DNA of 64,000 nt from Calcarisporiella thermophila CBS 279.70 (GCF_041956535.1 NW_027192194.1:155444-219443); one strand, 5' to 3'; shown: positions 25,150-43,627, counted from the stretch's first letter. The notes: generated by a model not told the origin, from the letters alone. Made by a program: numbers and translations.

Positions 25150-25610
25150 GATTCTTGCTGGAATGTAGTGTTAATTCTAGGTATGCAAAATCAGCAATTA
25201 GAATAAATGTCCGAAAGGCTAGGAATGATTAATGGGGAAGGGTGTCCTCCATCTCCTTCAAGAAAGTGGTTGGCAGCCATAATTATAGTGTTGGGAGTTG
25301 AGTGGTATGTAACCAGGGATAATACCAAAGGGAAAGCACAGAGTAATAAAAAAAGTGAGGTAGCTTACCTTGGCTATTAGTCGCGTCACCAGTTTGCTTG
25401 CGAAAGAGCGAAGAGGAATAAGTGTCGACGTAGTTGGTGACGGAAGAAAGAAGACGAAACAGAATAAAGAATAAAAATTTATTTTTACAAATCAAAGATG
25501 ACGCCATCTTTTGTTGAGGGCAGTTTGTGACTGCCATTGGCCACCATAGGGTTTTTTTTTTATGATATATTTGGAGACAACGCTTCTGTTCCAAATTTTT
25601 TGCTAACAAC

Positions 25611-27304
25611 ATGCCGGATGCCCAAACACAAACCCAATCTCTTCATATTGTAGAGCGCACTTGTCGAACTGTCATTAAGCCCGATGGACTCACCCGCCCA
25701 TCCAATACGTTCCGTCATTTACAACTTACATGCCTCCAACAAATTGAGTATCGTCTCCGCCCGGACCCAAGCAATGCCAACATCGATGAGAAAATGCTAG
25801 AACAATTTGATGTGATCCTGGATGGTGGAAAACTAAGGATGGATATATCCTTGATGTCCATACATGGATACAATTCATTAGTTTATGAAAGCAATATATG
25901 CGTTTAATAACGCAGAGCTATATTATGCTTGACACAGTTTCTTTATTCATATCACGTCTTAACATTAGTTGGCGCAAGTCAGATCTATAATTTCCATATA
26001 TGCGAGGAAGGAGACTCTCCCTTTTATGTCAAGGTAAATGCGCGTTAATTTAGCATAGTGTAGCATGGAGAACTCTTCGTATTTTCTTTTTTATAAACAA
26101 GTTTAATCGCCTCAATTCTATAGGAATGGGAACACTATGGGTACACTCACGTTGATCGATGCTTTGACGCAACAAGGGGACGAGGACAATGTATTTTATT
26201 TGCATGGACACATTGCCCTAATAGTGATTGAGATAATCTCATTATCTCATGTTTTATTTTCTATATCCTGAAAAAAATCTATAACTTCAGCGTTTTGGCT
26301 GTACCAAGGCGCCAACCATCGTTTTTACTTGCCTTCTAATATAGACCGCCCTCACGCATTCTTCGTAAAGCTGCAGCTTGAGTTTAAATGGAGTCCAAAC
26401 TATATCCTTTTTTGCCAAACCTTGATCCTGAGGCTATAACAACTCGAATTCACCACGTATCCTTGACTTAATTTAAATCGCACCCAAGCAACTAAAGAAA
26501 ATATTGAGTGGAAAACAGAGATCAAAACACGGGGAAGAAATGGAGGCTGCGCGACATGCACTTAGGAGTATATTGACAAAAAAGCTCGTACAACGGTATC
26601 CATTTGTTTTTTCGCCGATACATGTAGAGGTATTTTCAAGGATATGTCTTGGTACAATAACTATAAGTAAACGGCCTATCGTGCGAATGGGTGTTATTAG
26701 CGAGTGAAGCTTATGTCAACCTATGTTCCGATTATATCGAAGTCGCTCGCATCAATACTTGAGATGACAACCGATGAAGATACACGTTTAAAGGCAAGGC
26801 AATTAGTAAAGGTTTTCTCGTAAAGTCAATTCGAGTAGAAGGATGTTGCCCGTTAAAGGATCTGAAAATAGGATATCCACGAACGAGTTTTATCACCCTT
26901 CCAGGACCCACTTGAATACAACTTTTTCTCCAATGAAGGCAAGGATCTATCTAACTCTACTAAAGGAGTCCAGGACACTCTCAATCACGGGTTATATGCA
27001 CTTTTGAGAGATTATTTAAGAACACACAGTTGCAAGGTAACCACCAATTAACTTAGTATTCTCCATATACACAATACAAGCTAGTGCATTATTATCACAG
27101 GCAGAAATATTTTCCAACACTAACGCAAAAATTGAAACTGAAAAGGCATGGCATCACCCTCCAGCCTTGGTTTCGCCATCACATCTTCCTAAAGCAAGCT
27201 TCATGCACCCATTTCCTACACAAATGCACGAAGAACCACAAGATTTTAAATATCAAGCGAAGTTTCAGCAAGCTCGGGAAACGGATCTTGATAAAATAAC
27301 TTGA
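25611..27304 (+). CDS. Probable TopoVIB-like meiotic protein (Rec102/Rec6/TOPOVIBL/MTOPVIB family), 8 exons, about 369 aa
   Basis: Exons 25611-25844, 25956-26033, 26124-26190, 26291-26401, 26484-26629, 26701-26805, 26872-27036, 27101-27304 give an open 1110-nt frame with WEHYG and AARHALRSILTKKLVQRYPFVFSPIH..RVKLMSTYVPIISKSLASILEMTTD. Confidence 0.7.
25845..25955 (+). other. Probable U12-type AT-AC intron
   Basis: Donor ATATCCTTG, branch-like TGCTTGAC (25926-25933), acceptor CAC; phase 0, in frame. A weak GT-AG alternative exists (25881-25937). Confidence 0.6.
26402..26483 (+). other. U12-type (minor spliceosome) AT-AC intron
   Basis: Donor ATATCCTTTT, branch TCCTTGAC (26460-26467), acceptor CAC; removes an in-frame stop and restores the frame (T|CC = Ser). 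Confidence 0.85.
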
Positions 27305-27426
27305 CTGAAAAGCATATCCGTAATTTGATAGCAAAAGATTTGTGTAATTCCCACTAAACTTGTTTATTTCAACTTTTTCTTCGCTCAACTTAAATATTTA
27401 TTCAATAATTCGACCAAAAAGGTCTT

Positions 27427-28331
27427 CTATTTCCCCCTATGTTCTGCAAATGTTTCCGCGATCCCTCGCCCCTCAATGATATCACGCATACATTTTTCGT
27501 CCACTTCCACGGATTTCTTACACTCGTTTATCACATCCTTCACTAGATGCAATGGCAAGCAGACTACTCCATCTGCATCAGCTATAATTATATCCCCAGG
27601 ATTTATCTTAACTTCTCCAATGGATAAGCTTTGGTTGAGGGTGGTAGGCCGAGTGAACGGTCCAGCGGAAAGCGTAGAGGTAGCCCGTGCGAAAACCTTT
27701 AAAGTACAATGGAGGCTAAATTAAAAAAAAGTGCAATATAAATGCGCGCAATATATATATATATACCGGAAACTTGGAAGACCGCAATTCAACCAGATCC
27801 CGGACACGTCCGTCTACAACCACCCCTCTAGCGCCTCGGAACTTGGCACGTGCAGCGAGAAGGCCACCCATAACAGCATTTTTGGCTTCTACTCAACGTT
27901 CCATATTAATAGATGTTTTCTTTGCATTTTACGATTGAAAATGTGGAAGTCAACCTTTTGGAGCTGAGAGAACTAAAACATGACCTTCAGGCACGACGTC
28001 GCACTACACTAACCAAAAGTAAACATCATACTAAACACTGGAGCAAATTAGATAGTATTACAAAGTGTTCACTGGGGCGTGGTTCATTAGACTCTTTCTC
28101 CACCATCTTCACGAGAAATGCGGGTCCAATGATTCGAGTCTCGGAATGTTTATAGGAAGGAGAAAGCATGTCGATGTCAGGAATAAATCCTCCGTGTGGG
28201 ATACGGAGCTTCAAGAGAGCATCGGAAATCTAGCGATTCAGAAGCGTTAGATATAGCATTATGAAATAATGGGGATGCATTTCTCCTACATCGCATGACG
28301 TGAAATTCTCTAGTTCCTTCATATAGTCCAT
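27427..28331 (-). CDS. RraA-like / HMG aldolase family protein
   Basis: FTSCDISDALLKL..GGFIPDI, IIGPAFLVKM, AVMGGLLAARAK, VVVDGRVRD, INPGDIIIADADGVV. Confidence 0.9.
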
Positions 28332-28914
28332 ATTTTTCGATTTGATGAGATAACATTGCCACCAAGATTTTTAGTTTCATAGTGACTATTCGGCCGAGTC
28401 CTCTCAACGTGAAATTTTAGCCGGATTTATTTCGATGCACCAAAATAGACCAGAGCACTAAAAGCATTTTACATGTACATTTACAGTGATAATTCACCGT
28501 ATTCTAGCCGTGGCTCTAGCATACACAAACTTTTGAATGTAAATTACGTGGCAGATCAATATATATACTTTGTCATCATTTTTCCAAAGCAAGAGTTCAG
28601 TGCAGGTCATTGGATTGAGAAGAACGGGAAGCACGGAGAGTAGTAGAGCATGGCTATTGCGGTTAGTAAAAAGAGAGTGAAGTATATCTATTATGATTTA
28701 AAGCGAAGTGAAAAAAAAATCAAAATATAAAGAAAAATATAACCAAGATATCATAATACAAAATAGAAGAAGGAAAGCAAAATTTGAAAAACGAAAGAAA
28801 AAAGACTCAAGATATTACAATGAATATCAATTAACCAAATGTTTAGTAAGGAAGAAAACAAAATAATTAAAGATATTTATAAGTAAACAAACGGAAGTGT
28901 GGGCAGCCGGCCAT

Positions 28915-34669
<5,755 letters not shown>

Positions 34670-35156
34670 CGTAGTTATTTAGAAAATCGTGGAGAAAATG
34701 AATGGTTCAGCATATGCCCAGTTAGGATCAAGTGTGCATTGCTTGCAGGCAATTATAAAAGAAAGAAAAAAAAAAAATAGCTAAAATGCTTAATACTGAA
34801 AGTAATAGCCCCTCAGCAAGGATGAGATGGTCAACAAACTAAATGCCCAAGATGCAGTTGCACGACTGAACTTCAGAGAAAACAGTGAAATGATGATCTC
34901 TATTCGCGAAATATACCGAATAAAATAAGGGTAAAACCTTAGTGGCACAGTTCATTTTAGTTTTAACGTTTTAATTATAATGCATTTATAACATGTTCAA
35001 TAGATAAATTTAATAACCTTCAAAAACCAGAGAAATAAGAGCAACTTGCTGCTTGGTTTAGGCAGGGTGTTTTTTAATGGTGACAAGAGAGAAATAGGAT
35101 TTATTAGAATAGTTTATAACAGAAAACCCTGTCTTTTCAACTAGCGCGGGGGAATC

Positions 35157-35765
35157 TTACGCCTTGGTCTCGCCCTCCTTCTTGAACCTAGTGTGGAGAA
35201 GGATGGTCAATATGAGCCGCATGTTCGAAACGTGCGCTAGAAATGAACACTTACACATAAGTGAGACCGCACTTTCCGCAGTATTGGCGGTCATGATGCC
35301 AGGCCATGAACACACCAGCGCCGCAGGTCTCGTTGGGGCACTCACGACGGAGGCGGGTGATCTTGCCATTGGCATCCACCTTGTAGAACTTGAGCACAGC
35401 AAGCTTGACCTTCTTGCGCTTGTGCTTGATCTTCTTGGGGGTGGTGTAGGTCTTCTTCTTGCGCTTCTTACCACCACCAAGCAGAGCAAGGTTGAGATCA
35501 ACAGTGCTCAGCGAGGAGATAGCATAGTCAGCGAGGGAGCCCTCGGACAAAGGCTTGCCAGCGAAGGTGAGGCGCTGGGCAGAGGCAGCAATGCCTAAAC
35601 AGATGCATTAAATTTCGAGTTACAAGGACTGAATGGTAAGCAGACGGGCTGTGAAGTGAGCTCACCTTCGCGCTCCTGGATGAGGTTTTTGACTTCCTCA
35701 ACCTTGGTGGAGGCTTGGACGTCGAGAGCAAGGGTGTTGCTTAGGGACCTAACGAAAATCTGCAT
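35157..35765 (-). CDS. RPS31: Ubiquitin-like (divergent) fusion to 40S ribosomal protein eS31/S27a
   Basis: [11 protein letters not shown]...LALLGG followed by [30 protein letters not shown]...[25 protein letters not shown]; two introns. Confidence 0.95.
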
Positions 35766-35956
35766 GGCGAGATGTCCACGAGAGAAAGAGGAGGAACGAA
35801 GATATTCGCGCTTGCTTTGTTTTTATTTGCAAAAAAATTTTCTGAATGATAACCAAGCCACATTATACAACTATCCCGTGAGCATATCTCGCAGTTATCC
35901 AATTAATATTAACGCGTCGCGTCCGCAAAATAGGTAGCTGGAAGTGTTCTAAACCG

Positions 35957-38900
35957 ATGTTCAGCTTTGCGGGCATTTCAAAACATCAAGATGAGGATGG
36001 CCTTTCACCCTGCGATGATAAGATCTGGGATCTGTTTCGGCGCAATCCGATGGTAGGATTACAGTCGAAAAATCTGAACTCATCTGGCCATTCAAATTGT
36101 TACCATTATAGGAGGGGTCGGGGTTAACAAAATGGTATCAAGAGGAATACATTGAAGAAAAGTTTAAAGTGGGAATATACTCCCATGTTGGCACAATCCT
36201 TGATCCTGGTTTAAGCGACAATGCTTCTCTGACGGAAAGTTCAACGGTGGTAGAAGAACCCCCAGCTCCAGTCGAAGAGGAGGAAGATATATGGAAGAGA
36301 GCTTTTAGTGATCCTGAAAATGAAAAGGTATCTGGCACTGAGTAGTATTGCTTCTCCCTTTCTCCTTTGCAATATTGACTTTTACTTCAATGTCAGGCGA
36401 AAAATTTGAGCTGGGAGAGTCTAGGGAGGAATAAGAATAGTTCTCACGGTAGAATACCCAACGGTGAATTAATACCGTCACCTTATCTGACAGAAGCAAA
36501 CACAGAAGTTTATGAATCTGTATTCTACAAGTAAGCCTATTCTACGACTAATGATGGGTTTTGACTAAATGTTGAAAAATGGCAGATATTTCCGGCATTG
36601 TTTTCGTTCGGAGACTGAGCTACTCTCAATATCCTACGAAACCTTATTCGATGTAAGTAGAAACCCGTCAGGCTAACGGCCTCAATTACTCACTCTACTT
36701 TTAAACAATGGCTAGTCGATTGTCAAGATGATGCTCGGGACGTCTTCAGACATATTCGATTATGATAACGAAAGGTCAAAATTTGTAATAACTCTTTCTA
36801 AAGTACGGATAAAAAGTTGCAGTTCCAAAAGTCTAAGTAGGTTAGTTGCCCTTTGTTATTGTTTATCTTGCTTCTTTGTTCGAAAGCTTATTTTAATATT
36901 TATTTGTGTCATTAGAGTATTAGAGAGATTTTTGTGCTGTGGAACTTATTTCAGGAGGCTAGAAAGGGTTGCCAAAGATTGTATAAACAACCCAAGGTAG
37001 TTTTTCAATCTCATGGTGGGATAATAGTGACTTAAGTGGGATCTTTTCTCTTAACTCTTTAGGTTATTTGGATTGACTGGGGTTGCTTTTGGTCAGGCAC
37101 TCCTTTCATATATTATATTCTGTCAAACCACGATCTCGCAATTAGTACAAACCAGCGGGCAGCAAAAGTCTATGACCATCCTTGAACTATATCATTTGAT
37201 GGAGGGGGTATCCTTTATCCTAGAGAAACTTGCCGAACTGAGCTATTGTGTATGTACAAGCTGGATTATGCATTTCGACGATTTACCAGGGGGTACTTAC
37301 AGGCTTGGATTTTATTTTGCAGGAGGAACCAAGTTCGCGGGCTAAACAGTTGAAGGCTCAACAGAGTTCCCAATACGAAGCAATGGGATTTTTTGTTCCC
37401 AGAGGCGTCTATTTGCTCGGCACCCTTTATGAAGAAGCCTCTTTCTTGGATTTTAACACATCCGAATCCTGTTCATTACTCGGTCTTTACCGTAGCGTGC
37501 TCTTAGTGCTACTTGATCGTGCTAGCTCACCTTACCTCAATATGCTTAACTTCTGGCTTGGACTAGAAGACGTGTCGAATACTGGAGGTTTTTGTGTCAA
37601 CAGCTCGGCTGATTCAATCCTGAGCCATTTAGACCCTTATGAGGAATTTTTCATAACAAACACGGATGGAGAGACGAGCTTTCTGCAGAGGGATGGCGAT
37701 GGTTTTTGGGAAGATGGATTTCAAGTAGGTTTAATCTGTTACAAGGCACCGGTTTCTCTTCGACTAACCTACTTTCTTTTCAATAGCTCAATTCATCCTC
37801 GCCTCCTCCCCAATTTATTGGTAAATCGCTTGCAAGGGATATTTTGGAAGCGGGAAAGTCACTTTGGTTACTCCGCCAATGCCGTCCAGACCACCCACTA
37901 GCGAAAGTTTCAAATTTTGCTGAGTACTCCAAGCTTGTTGGTGTCAAATGGGCCATGACCAAAGGAGACATCGAAAAGTATTTAGATTTTCAGATCTTTC
38001 GCATGGATCCGTGGTAATTTTTCTAAACAATCATTTTTATCTCTCCTAGCTTGCATTCTGCATTACAAGATTATATTGCAATCGTCATCTCTGCTATTCG
38101 ACAGCGAAATATCAGAATATTCCGTCGTGCAACACTCGATATTCCTCTCACTGAAAATGATGCTGTATGTAATTATATCTATTTTGCCCTGCCTTAGTTT
38201 GTTAACTTTTCTGATACTAACTCATTAAATTTAAAGGATGGCATTGAGGAATACTCGTTTGAGAATAAAATTGGCCTGAAACCAGGAGAGCCTAGTACAA
38301 ATGCTCGAGAGGAAATAGTCGAACCATCCGAGGAGATTAAAGACGTCTCCCAAATCCAGCAAGACGTCTGCAATAAATTCGCTTTTATTTCATTTGCCAA
38401 GCATACCCCCTATCTTTTCTTTTCCGACACGGCACCAAACGATGCTGGCTCTCTTTCATCCTTCATATCCCGCCTTCAGGAAGCATCACAAAATCCACTC
38501 TCACCTGACCTTGCACCCGATGGCTATATTCCCCCTCTAGATCTCCTCGCATCCCTCTCTATACGACACACCCTCTCAATACACTATCGCCTAATCAACA
38601 CTGCAACCCTTTCGCTCTTCTTTCACGACTTGGGCTTACGGTCCTATATGTTGCCTTTAAGGTGGTTTATGTTGATGGGTGACGGAGCTTTCGTGCGAAA
38701 AGTAGACGAGGCCCTCTTTTATGATGGGATAGAGATGGAGGACCGAGCTGATTATGCACGCGTTGTGAAGCAAAAGTTTGCTGCTCCTGGGCTTAATGCC
38801 ACCGTTAGCTATTCGCTGGAAGGGAGAAACTCCATGGCGAGAAATACATTTTTTGCATCCCTGAATAACGCACTCTTCGAGCCCATCGCGACTAGGCAGG

Positions 38901-40026
38901 CAGTGGAACCACATCTGGTTAAGGAGACTGCAGTGAAAGGGCTGGATGAAATAATCTCATTTGGAATGCAGAAAGAGCATGAGCGCCAATCCAACCCCAA
39001 CTGTAAGTTGCTCTCTGACTTCATTTTCTCGATGTCTCCTTCTAAATTTCTATACATATCATAGCCATGCATGCACTCGACTTCCTTTATCTGAAATATG
39101 ATCCTCCCTATCCCTTGAACGTAATCATCACGCCGAATATCTTGGGGAAATACAACCGCCTGTTTGCATTTCTACTACGCCTACGGAGAATGGAAGCGGT
39201 GACACGACACACTTACCGCCTTATCTCTTTTCCACGCAGGCGGGCCAACAGTCCATACCCGCCCATACCAGCTGTGTTCCTCCGGTTCCAATTTGAGGCA
39301 CGGCAGTTTGTGAACGCATTTTCGGGATACACTATGGAGGTGGCCATAGGCGCGACATGGCATTCGTTTGAGAAGCGGCTTGACCACATTGCTCGGGAGG
39401 TGTTACTCGAGCTCTCCCCTGCAGAACCCGACTCGCTTGAAGACTGGGAATCGGAAGCGCCCCCTTCGGCCCCGTCCGTCTCAGCTGAACTCGATTCACT
39501 CATCGGTGAGGATCTTCACCGCGAGGGGGTACGCGACCTAGAGTCGCTTCGCACCTACCACGAGCTCATAGTTGACCGCATGCTTTCACATTGTCTTCTC
39601 AAGAAACGCTACGAGCCAGTCATGAAAATCATTCATGGCGTATTCTCAGTAATTCTGGAATTTGCAAACGAAGCTCGGAAACACCACTCTCACTTGTATG
39701 AAGAGGGAGAGGAGCCGGGAGCTGAGAATAGTTGCGAGTGCTTCGGCCGGGTCGAGGAGCTCTATTGTAGCTTTAAACGGTACGTGGGAATATTGGTGAA
39801 GATCCTTATTGATTGGGGTGCTAAGGGCGCAGACACCCAATTGTCACATACTCCTACTGTAAGAGAGCGACTGGGGACCGGGGCAGAGAGTTCTGACCGG
39901 AATTACCATCGACGGATCGATATTATCCAGTCAGCAACCGGTAAAGGTGGTTTCTTACGGCTACTGTTGATGCGGTTAGATATGAATGGATTTTACACTG
40001 ACACCTGGAAATCTCAATCAAGATAA
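35957..40026 (+). CDS. Gamma-tubulin complex component, Spc97/Spc98 family (GCP6/Alp16-like)
   Basis: LSWE motif, PYLNMLNFWLG, ILEAGKSL.LLR, FMLMGDGAF, LDFLYLKYDPPYPLNVIIT..ILGKYNRLFAFLLRL, LLMRLDMNGFY. Confidence 0.85.
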
Positions 40027-40365
40027 ATGTACTCTTATGTTCTTCCCGTTTATTTTTCATTCTTATTCCTGTACCATATTATGCTATCTTGTCTATCGCT
40101 CACCGTTGCATCTCCACGCTATTTTTAATCTAATCTCATCTCTTGAAAATATGGTTACGTTTTACCTTTATCAGAATGAATTTAATGGTGGAGGCCTCCA
40201 GGTACTGGTCATATAAGAAGAGGTACCATAGAATGCCATGGGCTATTTTAATTCAAGACGTATAGCCAAAATTTTGTGACTCGCCAAATGGGAAGGCTGC
40301 GCCCAAGGGGGTTTGTCTTGAAATTTCTTCGTGAAAATAGCTAGCATCCAAAGAGGGTCCACACC

Positions 40366-43199
40366 ATGTCTAGTTATATTCGCTTTACACCTCTCTCGGG
40401 CGCTAAGGATGAAAAGCCGCTCTGTTATCTCCTTGAAGTGGACGAGGCGAAAATTCTACTTGATTGCGGGTGGTCGGATGGATTTGATGTCGCGGATCTC
40501 GATGAACTGAAAAAGTACCGTTACCTCTCCTCATTCTGCCTGCCCCATCTTGTTTCTTCTCAACCCTAACGCGCCTCTATTAATGTGAATTTAGATATGC
40601 AAAGGATGTTAATGTGGTTCTGCTATCCCATTCCGATCTCCCTCATCTTGGCGCTCTACCCTATGCCCGAAGCTACTTGGGGCTAAACTGTGCAGTATAT
40701 GCGACGCTACCTACAGCGAATATGGGGAGAATGTGTATGTACGACATGTTCCAATCAAAGACGAATGAGGAGGAATTCACCCTCTTTTCACTGGAGGACG
40801 TGGACAATGCATTCGATCGTATTCAACTTTTGCGATACTCACAACCTGTCGAATTGCAGGGTAAATATTTGTCATTATTTGTTAATATCTGTTTTTAAAC
40901 CTTTTTAACCAAGTTGAATTGTAATGAAATAGGCAATTGTAAAGGTATTATGATCACAGCTTATGCTGCGGGACATACAGTGGGGGGTACTATCTGGAAA
41001 TTGAAGAAAGACACCGACGAGATCGTCTACGCAGTCGATTATAATCATAAGAAGGAGCGACATCTTGATGGCACAGTGATGCTTGTCGGTGGGATGGTGC
41101 ACGACGCACTTAATCGACCGTCCTTACTAATTACAGATGCATTCAATGCTGGAAATATTCACCCTGCAAGAAAGCATCGGGATGCTGCCCTGTTTAGTCA
41201 GTATAGAGCCTCAAGCCATACCGCCACCAAGGATGCTAACACAATTGCGCGTATTATGTAATTATAGGTAGTTTGATGAGCACACTAGAAGAGGGCGGTA
41301 TGGCTCTCCTTCCCACCGATTCGGCGGCTCGCGTTTTGGAGCTTACCTATCTTCTTGATCAACACTGGTCTGCCTACCGTCTCCCATACCCACTCATTCT
41401 TTTGACACACCAAAGCTACCGCACAGCACAATACGCGAAGAGTATGTTGGAATGGATGGGAGAGGCCATCACTAAGCAATTTGGTGCCAGCAGAGAAAAC
41501 CCGTTTGAATTCAAGTAAGTTTTTTTTTCCTGACATACGGCTTCCTTTATTTAGTTAGCGAGCACATATAAAAATACTTGACTATATATTTGGATGTTTG
41601 TGTGTTTGTGTGGGAATTCGAGATGAAAAATGATGGAGCACGGATACTCTAACTCTTCCATCTTGTCTCTTTTTTCCAACTAATTAGATATCTCCGCCTA
41701 TGTCACCAACTTGAAGATCTGGCAAAATACCCCGGCCCCAAGGTTGTGCTAGCCTCCAACCTTTCTCTAGATACTGGATACGCGCGAAATCTCCTCGCCG
41801 AATGGTCGGCGGATCCACGCAATATTCTTATACTCACTAACCGTGGTCCGCCAGACTCCCTTGCTCGCCACCTCTTCCACGCCTGGGAAGAGGCTTCCAT
41901 GGCGACTGATGCGCAAGTCATCAACTCCGCCGTGCCGCTCAACACCCAGGTGCAGATTACTATGAAGCGGAGGTTACCGCTACAAGGCGCAGAGTTGGCG
42001 GAATGGAATGAACGGGAGCGCGAAAAGCGGGAGAGGGAGGCGCAACAATTCCTCATGCTGGCGCGTAATCGCAATATCATGGAAAAAGAGGAGTCGGATT
42101 CGGACGACTCCGATGCCGACATAGACGACGCGGAAATGGCCGATATGCTTGCCTTTCGGTTCGATGTCTATCTGAAGGATGCGACCAAGAGCGGGGGGTT
42201 CTTCAAGCAAACGCAGAGCTATCGCATGTTCCCGTATGTGGAGCGAAGAAAGAAATTCGACGAGTACGGGGAGGCGATTGTGCCGGACCACTACATGAGA
42301 GGTACAAATCTGGACGGAACCCAGTTCGACCAGTTTGCCGACGCAAAGCGTAAACAAGTGAGCATTGGTGTAGAGTGTGTTGGGGGGGAGAGCATTCTGG
42401 AACTAAAGCTTCTTTTCATGGTAGGAGGGCCGAGAGGGCGAGCGAAGAGAGGATACACGAGCCGCTCCAGAAGAAGTGCCCTCCAAGTACGTAACAGAGG
42501 AGCTGGATTTACACGTCATGTGTCGTGTACAGTACATTGACTTGGAAGGGCTTTCAGACGGGCGATCGGTGAAAACCATTTTGCAACAAGTCGCTCCCAA
42601 AAAACTAGTAATGTTTTCGCTTTTGGCATTGCATTTTTATTCTTTTCATTTCGTAATAATGAGTTAATCGGTAAATTGTTTGTGTACAGATCCTTGTGCA
42701 TGGAGAGGAGAAGGCGATGGAGGAATTGGGCAAGGCTGTCCTCGGGATGGATCAAATGACCCGCGAGCTCTATACGCCCTCCACCGGAGAGACCTTGAAC
42801 GTGTCCGCAGCAACCAACATCTTCCAGCTCAAACTTACCGATGCCCTTGCCAGCTCACTTTCGCTTCATCGCCTAGGCGATTACGAGCTGGCCTACATCT
42901 CGGGCCAGGTCCACTTCCCTCCCGATTCCACCACGCCAGTGTTAGATCTGCCCTCTGCGGAGAACCAGGCACGGTGGCATCCGCCCGTGCTGGTGGGCGA
43001 TCTGCGGCTGTCCGACTTAAAGAGCATTCTGCAATCTCATGGCGTGCAGGCCGAATTCAAAGGCCAAGGAGTGCTGGTGTGCAATGAGAGGGTGAGTGTC
43101 AGAAAGACGGCTGCTGGAGAGCTGCTGGTGGAGGGGGCGGTGAGCGAGGATTACTATCTGGTGCGATCTCTGATTTACAAACAGCATGCCATACTCTGA
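40366..43199 (+). CDS. CFT2: Cleavage and polyadenylation specificity factor subunit 2 (CPSF100/Cft2)
   Basis: [74 protein letters not shown]. Confidence 0.96.
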
Positions 43200-43441
43200 C
43201 CCAATTGGAAGTCGGAGCCTAATAGGGGGACGATAGATTTTTTTTTCTTATCATTCGATATTGCGTTATCTCTTTTTTACACTTGTAAATAGACCATGAA
43301 AAGAGGGATACGATCTTTGTTGACGTTTTGGTTGTTATTATTCTCGCCTTTGCTTATACAATAAAAACTATTACGGAACAAATATCAAAAGAGGGGCCTT
43401 TGCCATAGAGAAGGTTGGGGGGGCGCGAGGTCGAGCAGAGG

Positions 43442-43627
43442 CTAGACTCGTGGCTGATTCACCCGAGCTCGTAACTGGCTCCACTGCTTGCCGGTCAGTT
43501 TTCGAACAATCTTCTCCACCCGGTAGAGGCGCCGGTCTAGCTCGACTAGATAGTGCCACTCACGGAGTTCCTTGTAGCGTCCTGCTGCTCGCCGTCGGGC
43601 ACAGTGGCATCGAGTCACGGACGGCAT
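43442..43627 (-). CDS. Possible small basic orphan protein (61 aa)
   Basis: GC-rich ORF after a pyrimidine-rich leader; amphipathic helix ELDRRLYRVEKIVRKL; no recognised family. Confidence 0.3.
   Translation of the reverse strand: MPSVTRCHCARRRAAGRYKELREWHYLVELDRRLYRVEKIVRKLTGKQWSQLRARVNQPRV

Noticed and set aside
26408-26413. Apparent homopolymer frameshift or pseudogene in the TopoVIB-like gene
   Set aside because: Explained fully by the AT-AC intron; the T-run is part of the U12 donor
37208-37216. GTATCCTTT perfect U12 donor in the GCP6-like gene
   Set aside because: Lies in an open exon that continues to a normal GTATGT donor; no TCCTTRAC branch near the acceptor
43550-43580. CGTGAGTGGCAC (minus strand) resembling U11 snRNA stem-loop I
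   Set aside because: Lacks the U11 5' AAAAAGGG end, the stem does not pair well, and no Sm site at the right distance
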